64,000 bases of DNA, taken from positions 120,404,001-120,468,000 of the forward strand of contig OZ024743.1 in NCBI GenBank assembly GCA_964016885.1, in the 5' to 3' direction. A program made the position numbers and the translations under genes. The notes below the pieces were generated by a model, which worked only from the letters and a program-made list of their open reading frames with translations, did no database searches and was not told the DNA's origin. The first letter of the stretch is position 1; every line of letters starts with the position of its first letter. This DNA comes from Eledone cirrhosa. Taxonomy: Eukaryota. Of the stretch, positions 54,211 through 64,000 are shown piece by piece.

Positions 54211-54885
54211 TACGATATTAAATAAATGGAAACTATATTTATAAAACCATATTTATTTCATTATATATATTTCAGGGATAACATATTAACAATATGCTAT
54301 GCCTTCCTCAGACAAAATACAATATAAACAGTTTTATAGATAAATAGATTTGACATACCGTACAACATCGACTTGTATTTGAAAAGTTAAATTGGCAGTG
54401 AAAAAATTAATACATTAATACTAGAGCTAAATAAATAAATAAATAAATAAATGTATCATTGATACGTTTACTCAACGGATGTCCCACTACCTAGTTTTCT
54501 ATATATATATCTATCTCTATTTCCTCTCTATATATATATATATATATCTCTGTTTCTTTACATGAAGTTCTTCTCTTTATCTATCTTTCCATCTCTCTAT
54601 TTTGTTCCATGCATTTCTTCTTTTTCTTCTTTTTCTTCGTTTTCTGTCTTTCTTTTCTTTTTTCTCTCTGTCTTTCTCTCTGTGTACAATTTTTTCACTG
54701 CCAATTCAACTTTTCAAATACAAGTCGATGTTGTACGGTATGTCAAATCTATTTATCTATAAAACTGTTTATATTGTATTTTGTCTGAGGAAGGCATAGC
54801 ATATTGTTAATATGTTATCCCTGAAATATATATAATGAAATAAATATGGTTTTATAAATATAGTTTCCATTTATTTAATATCGTA
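54211..54885. repeat. Family D inverted pair, arms 54211-54408 and 54688-54885
   Basis: Reverse-complement arms around a ~280 bp spacer; (AT)n outside. Confidence 0.92.
54782..54837 (+). ncRNA. Hammerhead ribozyme motif (mirror copy 54259-54314, minus)
   Basis: UGU CUGAGGA AGG c AUAGCAUAUU guu AAUAUGUUAU c CCU GAAA UAUAUA UA AUG, then AATAAA. Confidence 0.8.
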
Positions 54886-55124
54886 TATATATATATATAT
54901 ATATATATATGAGTAAAGAGTAAATAGATGATGGTTAAGACGACAGGGAGAAAAGGAGACACAGAAGAGCAAGAATAGTCATAAAGAAAAATATGACAAT
55001 TAAATAACCGTCCGATTACTAAACTAAACGGAGAATGTAAAACCGAAGTGAAACACAACAGCTGCATATATTTTTTATTGGTAACATGATCCTCCCAATA
55101 TATATATATATACATAAACAAATA

Positions 55125-55220
55125 CAGGGTGTCCCCCAAAAATGTATACACACTTCAACAGCATTCGAATAAATATTGCCTGTGCAGGTAATCAAAGTAT
55201 GTATACATTTTTTGGGACAC

Positions 55221-55222
<2 letters not shown>
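55125..55222. mobile_element. ~100 bp Tc1/mariner-type MITE
   Basis: TA-cagggtgtcccccaaaaatgtatacacactt ... aagtatgtatacattttttgggacactg. Confidence 0.7.
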
Positions 55223-55252
<30 letters not shown>

Positions 55253-55256
<4 letters not shown>

Positions 55257-55411
55257 AAAAAGTATGACCCGACTCCAGAAATAGCCGTCGAAACGGCTTG
55301 AGCTCTGCCGTCGGGGTCATACTTTTTCCTATTACCCAATCTACTACCCTAAGTATTGAGTACTCTGGTGCGTTATGGTCCATCTGGTTCCTTACCACAA
55401 TTCCTTCGTTA
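55253..55411 (+). mobile_element. Family C repeat with short 5' fold-back
   Basis: taggaaaaagtatgaccccgac is mirrored by gtcggggtcatactttttccta. Confidence 0.7.
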
Positions 55412-55429
55412 TATATATATATATATATT

Positions 55430-55613
55430 GGTGGATTGGCAGTATCGGTAGAGGGTCGGACGCCATGCTTTCCAGCATAGTTACGTCCCTTTACGATCTG
55501 AGTTCAAATCCCGCCGAGGTTGACTTTGCCTTTCATCCTTACGGGGTCGATAAAATAAAGTACCAGTAATGCACTGGGTAATTGCTGGCCTTGTGCCTAA
55601 AAGTAGAAACAGT

Positions 55614-55615
<2 letters not shown>
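55430..55615 (+). mobile_element. tRNA-SINE, short form, young
   Basis: TGGCAGTATCGG A-box, GAGTTCAAATCC B-box and core; inserted in (AT)n. Confidence 0.9.
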
Positions 55616-55649
<34 letters not shown>

Positions 55650-55660
55650 CTTATATATAT

Positions 55661-55711
<51 letters not shown>

Positions 55712-56277
55712 TTTGAAATGTAATCGTCTCAATGGAAATGACTATAACAATTGTCTTACATTTGAAATAATAATTGAAAAAAAATCGGGTAAAATATCCT
55801 TGGAGTGGAGTCTAAAACAAGTTGACAGAGATGCTTTTGCGAGTAAATCGAACAGGGCATTTCTTGGATGCAGGGCAAGTACTCTAATCGATCCCAGGTT
55901 ATTCATGGTCGCCTTTTAGAATATGTTAAGCCTGTAGCTAGAAGTGTGAACTTACACTTCTCTTAAGAAACATTGTTTATAGTGGTCGATTATGGTTATA
56001 GACTTTCGCGTTGGGTCGACTATATTTCAAAATTCAAATTTTCTCAATGTTATGTGTCATTCGGATGTTAACACTTAGTTACATGTCTCTGTTCTCTTTT
56101 TTTCAGTCACCGATTATCGTATGTTTGGCAGCGTCGGCTATTGTTATGATAATTTACGTTGTCATCACTATATTTTAAATTTCACAGTTCCCCAGGTTTT
56201 TTTAAGTCAACCGGTTGTTCTTACACACACCCTATGCACACACAAACACGCGCGCGCACACACACACACATACACGT

Positions 56278-56319
<42 letters not shown>

Positions 56320-56412
56320 GAGTGTGTGTGTATTTATATATTCGAATATTTATTATATTTATTATACATTATATCTATTACATATTATAGGCATATGGAA
56401 GAGCAGTAGAAA

Positions 56413-56461
<49 letters not shown>

Positions 56462-57337
56462 TTACAGCGGGGGGGGGGGATAGACGGGGCAAAGAGAGCG
56501 AAAGTGGGGGGAGGGGGTTTAGACAACACGTTTGGAAACCAGTGGTTGAAGTGTATCTCTGAGTGATTTTATGCCAATTAGCAGAACGGCTTTCCTCTAG
56601 ATCTTGGATGTGTGTGTTTGTAACAACAGCACGGTCCCAGATGGGACAGCTCCATCGTATATAAGCTTTGTAAGGGTCATTAATTTTTTACGGGTTGGAG
56701 TATTTTATGACCCCAAAGAGAAGTTTTAGTATTTGAGTGGTGGTCTTAGCTGTATTAAAGATATGTGATCACCATGAGAGATCCCCAGGTATTGTAAGTA
56801 CTCGCATTTGGAGCGATCATGATGGTTGCTCATGCTTAAGTGGGATGAGGTGCAATTATGTTATCTTGATATGAGAAGTGCTTGTTTTTATTTTACTACT
56901 GAAAGTGACGAGATTGGCATCGTCTCATTAGAAGATGCTTTCAAGTTCTCTATTCATAGAGTGAGTACATGTTTGGCGTGGGGTGCCATTATTGCTTATC
57001 AGATAACATTCTCACTGTTTTTTCCTTGAGATTTACGTAACATAAATCATTCTTTATCACATGAGTAGTACTGTATATCGTTATGAAAAAGTAGTATAAT
57101 TGGCATATAAGCAGCATCATAGTCAAGTTTGTTGTTTTTGATAAGTTCAAATTACATCATTGTGAAGATATATTAAGCATAAAAAAGCACACAATATGTT
57201 TTATTTTTTTTAATTATTTTTAACCATGTGGTTTGAAGAAGATAAAACCAAAAAAGTTGTGGATGGAATGAAAGTCAGAGTATATCTACGAGGAACACCC
57301 GAAAGATAAAATGTTAGTTTTAATGGCGAAAAATATA

Positions 57338-57520
57338 TCTATATAAATAAAAGTCGAATCGTGTCCGTCCGTCCGTGTGTCACTCTGCTCGTGAAAGTAT
57401 AAAGTACTTTTGTCCAGAGTTCTTTCATTGATGAACCCACCGACTAAATGTTTACGAAGTATTTCGATGTTCCCCAGGAAATTCACAATGTGGGATATTT
57501 AGACAAGACCTAATTAGTTA
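57338..57520 (+). mobile_element. Helitron 5'-end fragment
   Basis: A|TCTATATAAATAAAAG...(GTCC)n start; no 3' hairpin or CTAG found. Confidence 0.45.
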
Positions 57521-57724
57521 TTTCTCACCTGTGTGTAAGTGGGTGACTCTAAATGTTTTTCATGATTAATGATATTACATTTTGTTTTATTTGTATGCTT
57601 TATAATATTCTTAGACTTATTTGATGTTTTCTTACATTTAAAAGCCCACCTACTATATAACGTCCTTGCATCCTACCAACGGTACTTTTTAGTCCAGATT
57701 TACATATATTGTAACTCCTATTGT

Positions 57725-58440
57725 TGAGGATTGGGCATGCCGTGGCTGATGTGTAAACATGCGCAGAAGCTACGAGATCAGCTTTTCCTTGAATGTGAAC
57801 AGGTGTGTTCGCCTTTCGTCAGACATGTGTTTCTTCAGCTCATCCTTGACGGAACTGCAGTCCTGAGTCAAACAAAGACAGAAAGTGCGCTTGGAATGTT
57901 TTAAAGCGCTCACAGCCCTCCGCCAATCGGCTACTGTGATCGGTGGAAAATCCACATTGGTGTTCTATAGAGGATTAGTGTCGGGGTAAAACCACGACGT
58001 TCTTGTGGAGATACTTGGTGTCGATCCTTGGTGTCGAAGACGAACAACTAACCGCTCTCTTCCAGAGAATCTTCGCTCCAGGCCCCATGGATAACTTCCA
58101 GAAATCCCTGACTTGGTAGTGCTAACAGTTCAAGATAAACTATACAAGCATGGAAGTACCATCAACCGAGCATGTCCGAGATGCGCGCATGGCAATGAAA
58201 CCGTTCTACACGTACTCATTCTGTACCAGAATATTGCCGACTTGTGGATTTATGTCGAATCTCTGTTGTTATGTGTAGGCCAAATCCGATTATCAACTGA
58301 ATCAATCGTAAAGCCTTCCGTTAACTGAGGAGGGCTGGCAGTTTTTATATGCTTGGTAGTTATAGTGATTGAAGGGGTTGAAGGCAAACACTTTTCTCTT
58401 TGGTGAATCCCGCATAAACTTCTTCAAGTTTCGTTTGCCA
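57725..58440 (+). mobile_element. L1/Tx1-clade ORF2 C-terminal fragment
   Basis: GLGMPWL motif and CPRCAHGNETVLHVL......LW zinc knuckle. Confidence 0.75.
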
Positions 58441-59044
58441 AACAAGAGAACTAAGGATTATGTTAAATGGGTTAAATTTTAAATGGTTCAAAATGTAATT
58501 TTTTTAGCCTTGTTTTAAAAGTTGTACAACCTGATAAATATTACACATTCCACTGAATTAATTGCACTTTCATTCAGAATTGCACCAAGTGACATTTTTA
58601 CGCATTCTTAAATAATAACAAATAAGGAATTCATTTTCGATTTTGTAATGGTTCATTTTTCTATAATTTCAATGTTTTCTTTAGGGTGTATACATTAATT
58701 ATTCGTAAAATATTTTGCTTATCTGAATTCTTTCTGTGTCTTTATGAATGTTTTGGTGCTAAGCTCAGATAAATTGTTTTTGCCTGACTAGGATATATTG
58801 AAAATATTTTTAGTTTTGTATTAGTCTTTATGTAATCTAAAAAAAAAAAAGAAAAAAAAAAGAAAAATAAACTCGGAATTTATGTGTAATTTGCTTAAAA
58901 TCTCCTAATGAATATATTTAACAAACAAAATACTTGGCAAGATGAAAGGTTTATGTTTATTTTGATCAAAGTTTTCCAAATAAGTGTTTTTAACAAAATA
59001 AATAATTGGCGAACTGAGAAAATGTAGGGCACTTTAGAAATTAT

Positions 59045-60060
59045 AATGGGCCAAGCAGTGGCAGAGATGTCGAACGCGTATGCTACCGCCTGATGGTATT
59101 GCCTTGCCCGAGTTCCTCCTCTCACGACATTGGAATGTCTTTTCTTTCATTTCATATGGAAGGGACGAGTTTCATTGCCCAAGTGGTCCATCTACTGCCA
59201 GCATCCTTTTCCTCGGAGGTCTTGGTATGCCGTGGCTTATGATGCACAGACATGTGCTGACGGTGCAGCATTTACAGAGGTTCCTAGATGGGGAACATGT
59301 GCCGTTGCCCTTTGTCAGGCGTGACTTTCCGCAGCTCGTCTCCTTGACGGGGTTGCAATTCCGAATCATATCTAGACCGAGATTGGGAGCCTACCATCAA
59401 TAATGTTGTCAGGGGCACCCAGTCTTCCGCCAGTCGGGTACTGCTGTCGGTGGAAATTCCACATTAGCATCCTATAGAAAATGGTGTGTATATGAACAAC
59501 GACGTTCAAAGAGAAACTCTGCACATCAACTAGAATGGCCGGACTTTTTTGAAGGTATGTGAACTCGGGGACTATGGATAATTTCCAGGAATCTTTGGCG
59601 TGACAATGCTAGTGTAGAGTATTGCTGAGTCAGACAAATTCTACAGACGGGTCTATCTGAGAGGCATCCAAGCGATGAAACCCTCCTGCATGCACTCATA
59701 GTGTCCGTTGATTCTTGTCTTGTGTAGTTTTAACGAAGAGCAGCTGTCGCGTGCATGACGGATTCAGCTATCAGCCGAGACCATGGTGATCATTCCGTCG
59801 CCTTCTTCTGGCAGGTAAATACCGGTATTTTCCTCTGCTTGGTGGCCGTGGCGAAAGAGGTTGTGTGGTGGGGAAAGCTGAAAGGACTGAAGACACGTAC
59901 CTTTTCTTTTTCGGCCAAGCCCTCGCCAACATTTTCAAGTTCTACTTGGAAATAATGTGAGGGTGGGAAGGGAAATGCTACCTCAAGTATTTTGTTAAAA
60001 AGTGAGTGAATGTAGCGAGAATAGCTTGAGTGAATACATCTACACTAGGTATGCGCCTGT
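59045..60060 (+). mobile_element. Second L1/Tx1-clade ORF2 fragment
   Basis: LFFHFIWKGR...HP..GGLGMPWLM; homologous to 57725-58440. Confidence 0.75.
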
Positions 60061-60335
60061 AGGTTAGAAGGAGTGGAGAAAAGACAATTATTTGCCTATG
60101 GTGCCGTTGTGATCGGAATGATCTCGGCTCTGAGGGCTTTTTGATTGCTCCTAGGTGGCGACTTTTCCCTACATAGTAATTGTTTTTGTTAGAACTTTCT
60201 GTTAGATTGATTTTGTTGAATTCGACCCAATTTACTCAATGTAAACTTCAGTTTGTATTGTAACTCATACTTTATAGTCCCCAACGTTTTGGGCCTCTGT
60301 GGTCAATATAGAAACTATTATCATTATCACTATTA

Positions 60336-60745
60336 TTGGCAGTATCGGTAGGGCGTCGGACAACATGCTTTTCAGCATAGAATTACGGTCCTCTACAGTA
60401 TGAGTTTAAATCAAACCGAGCTTAGTTTTGCCTTTCATCCTTACGGGGTCGATGAAATAAAGCACCAGTAATGTACTGGGGTCGATTTTATAGACTTTCC
60501 GCTCCTCTAAAATTGTTGTCCTTTTGCTTAAACCGGAAACATTTAGTCGTGTCATTGTTATTGTTATGCAATGAAAGGGCGATATACTGGCAGAGCCGTT
60601 AGAGTGTCGAACAAATTCTTGGCAGAATTCGTTCCGACATTTTACGTACTGGTTTCAAATCTCTCCGAGGTTAGTTTTGCCTTTCCTCCTTGTGGAGTCA
60701 ATAAAATAAAATACCAGCAACGTACTGGTGGTCGATTTAATTCCC
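60336..60745 (+). mobile_element. Two adjacent tRNA-SINE copies (60336-60543 and diverged 60575-60745)
   Basis: Head and core in each. Confidence 0.8.
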
Positions 60746-60821
60746 CGTGTAGGAGAATGATTTACTGGAAGAAATTATTTTCACATTTGAAGATTTGGTA
60801 GATAGTTTCTTAGTTGTAAAT

Positions 60822-62652
60822 CACATTAAAGCCCACTTTTTATACTCTGGATGCTGGATGACAAAATATTCCAGCATTTGCAAATTACCTGTATTCCTAA
60901 ATCAGAAACCATTACGTAATGATCCATTAATTGACGCATGACTAAAGATTAATGACTAAAGACTAATTATTTTCAAAATAATAATAGAGTAAATACAGCA
61001 GTTTATATGAACACAAGGCCTTAGATCATTTGCTGAACAAAAGCAACTAAGGATTACTAGAATCAAATCTTGAAGAGTTCAAAATACAGTTTTTTAACCT
61101 TCATTCAAATCTGTCCCTCTTGATAAATATTACTCACTCCAATCAATCAAGTGCAACTTCCTTAAGCATTACTCCAAGCTGCATTTCTTGCAGATTTTTC
61201 ATTAACCACAAATAAGGAAATCATTTGACAATTATGTTTTTTAATGATTCATTTTTTTATCATTTTAATGTTTTCTATAGGGCGTTTACTTAAACTTACA
61301 GAAAAACAACATATTTTGCTTATCTGATTTTTTAAAAGAAAAATAAACCAATTTCATGTTTAATTTTCGCAATTAGCAAGTAAAATAATTGGTAAATTTG
61401 GAATTTATGTTGAATTTGTTTGAATTGTGTTAATAAATATATTTAACAAATAAAATAATTGACAAACTCGGAATTTTATGTTTACTTTGCTCAATTTTTT
61501 CAAATAAGTATATTTACGTAATGAAATAATTGGCTAACAGAGAAAATATAGAGCAACTTTAAAAAATAAGATCTTTGAAGACAACACTTTCCTCTTTTGA
61601 ACACTTTTATCATATCTAACTAGAAACTATATATAGTTTCCCATCATGACAGTATAAAAGCAACCTTGGTAGTTTCTCTCCATTGCTGCAATGTCTTGTC
61701 GAAACAGTTCACGTGCTCTTCACGGACGTCACCTAAGTTTTCTCGTGAATGCATGCACGCTTGAAGATTTTCAGTAGTCCACGTTCGTGCAATTTCCAAT
61801 AAGCCTTGCCACGGTTTTTTTTTGTAGTTAGGATACCTGTAAATACCTAAGCATCCATGAACTGTACCATATACGGCTCCCATTTCCACCCTTGATTTTT
61901 GTATCAGTGAGATTTGGAAACATAAGGTGCATTTCAGGAAAAGCTTCTCCAAAATTTAAAGTCTTTACAAACTATTTTATAGATTCACATTTTTTAATGA
62001 AGTTGAAGTAACAAAACATTTTCGGACTCTACATGCGTTTAACATTGCTATGAAGAGCTTTTAAGCTCAGATTACATGTTCTTAGTATCTCAAAGTAAAA
62101 GATACATAGTAATATATTTACAAATAACATTGATTACATTTGCTAATGGTTGTGGTATTTTACCATGGAGACATTATGCTATAAAATACTGCATTTCTGG
62201 ATATTAAAGAACATCCCTTTCTTTAATCTTCTTGTACTTGTAATATCAAGCTTGCAGAAATGGCCGTCACACTGTGGATTCCTCGGCTTTCTCCACATTC
62301 CGGGAATTGCACGGGGAACACTAGACCTATCATGGTTACAAATAAGCATCAGAAGTACAGTCAGTATGTTATGTAGAATTTGGCATTTTTGAAAATTTAA
62401 TTTGATATCGGCTTGGTTCCAACATACTATAACAGAATTTATTTGGTGAATTATTGCATTTTTACCTGAATGTTATATGACGTTTGGTATGTAAGTGAAA
62501 GTGCTGCTTACTACAATGTAAGTTTCTAAAATATCAAAATCAAAATTATAAGTGCATCTCTATAAAGTTTAATGATAGCCAAAAAAAAAAAAAAAAAAAT
62601 CTAATAATGTTTTTGGAATCTGCACCACCTCCAAATCTAGAGATATTCGGTG
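60822..62652 (-). mobile_element. Degenerate Chapaev3-like (CMC) DNA transposon; boundaries tentative
   Basis: Minus strand near 62250-62330 reads AIPGMWRKPRNPQCDGHFC (cf. PM.WREPKNH..DCYFC). ORF 61644-61952 has ENLGDVREEHVNCF (cf. ENLG.VSDE.GERFHQDI). CAC at 60822 and GTG at 62652 are possible termini. 58530-59040 resembles 61130-61562. Confidence 0.6.
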
Positions 62653-63729
62653 AAACAACAACGATACCAAACATTTTTGCAAAATTTGTTATTCAGTGTT
62701 ATATATGCATGTACGTATGAATGGTCCCGTAACTCCTGATAGAGTCGTAGGTGCGCCATATTGACATATGGCGTTTCTTGGGCATTTTAAGCCTGGCGGA
62801 GCCCATACCTCTCCAGGCCTGAGTATAGCAGATTTCTTCCAAAGAGAGGAAGAATCGACCTCAGTACTAGACCGGTACTTTTTTTATCGACCTCGAAATG
62901 ATGAAAGACAAAGTTTTCATATATATGCATAGCATTCTATTATTCAAAGTTGTAACATTCCCAATAATTGGAAACTTTTCAAATCACTATGAATTTTATA
63001 AATTTCTGTCTTACTGATATTTAAAAATCCTTAAGTGCAAATTTTTGACATTTTGAAAACATCCACGGACAATACCAGTGGGAATATGACACGACACCAA
63101 AGTGTGCGTTTATATATAGATAGATAGAAAGATAGATAGATAGGTTTGTATCCCCCCTCTCACTCTCTATCTATCTAGCGATGTATCTGTCTATTTGTTA
63201 ATCTGTCTGCCTGTTTCTCTATCTTTGAATTCAGTGGTACTGAGTATTTTTTAAGTAATGTTTAATTTTTGCTTCGACTGCATGCTGGTTGTTTAAACAG
63301 TCATGAGTATTCATGAAGTTAGACCGAAATTCGTTAAGGTTATATTATTACTAGGTCAGTATTTATCACGCCATTATTTCTAATATAACCTAGACCAATA
63401 TGTATTTACCGGCAGTTCACTATTATTACCATATTTCTGAATGGCTACTTACGGTAATTATGGTATACTTCGCTTACTTAAACTCATTTTAATACAATTT
63501 TGCCTTCTATTTGTATGCATAAACACAGCAATAGATAGCGCAAAACAGCTAGGCTGAAATACATTAACGATTTATTATTACTATCAGCTACATACTGCTA
63601 ATATTGTTTCAATAAAATACTATTGATCTATTACTTCATTAACGGCATATCTCCAAACGGCATATCGGAATTTTTATAGTTTTTTATTAGAAAAATATGG
63701 TGTATATAATATTCATAGAAATATATATC

Positions 63730-63770
<41 letters not shown>

Positions 63771-64000
63771 GGGGATATTTATATGTATAATTTACGGATT
63801 TTGTTGCTTAAAAACCTAAGAAGATTAACAGTGTTATTCTTAGATTTGGTATTTAAATATATTAAAAAAAAGTTAATGACTTTTCAGTAAACATTATAAG
63901 TATCTAACTATCACTTCATTTCTTTATTAAAGTTTCCACCATGATTATCTATAAATTCTATCCATGTACCCTAAACTCATTGGGATATACGGCATGTCTT

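Noticed and set aside
55430-55520. tRNA gene
   Set aside because: A and B boxes are present but there is no cloverleaf, and it continues into the SINE core; it is a SINE head.

Overview
AT-rich eukaryotic non-coding DNA saturated with (AT)n/(CA)n/(GA)n microsatellites and decayed transposons, with a 200-N scaffold gap at 11747-11946. The SINE types and microsatellite load resemble an octopus/coleoid cephalopod genome (inference). I found no credible host exon; nearly all listed ORFs are microsatellite read-throughs or transposon relics. Recognisable elements: hAT, Helitron (non-autonomous copies and a PIF1 fragment), mariner, a Chapaev3-like relic, RTE, R4/Dong-like and L1/Tx1 LINE fragments, many tRNA-derived SINEs, and a GC-rich, nearly full-length but frameshifted CRE-clade RT-RLE retrotransposon with a PHD-like finger (31705-34750). 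The main unexplained signal is about 22 minimal type-I hammerhead ribozyme motifs from roughly a dozen unrelated sequence families (stem I, CUGANGA, stem II, GAAA, palindromic mini stem III, NUH, stem I', often followed by AATAAA). They sit in short Penelope-like (PLE) pLTR units embedded in (AT)n/(CA)n tracts and are often folded back into 100-440 bp near-perfect inverted repeats. One copy is linked to a GIY-YIG endonuclease C-terminus. All calls were made by eye; none was checked by database search or folding software.
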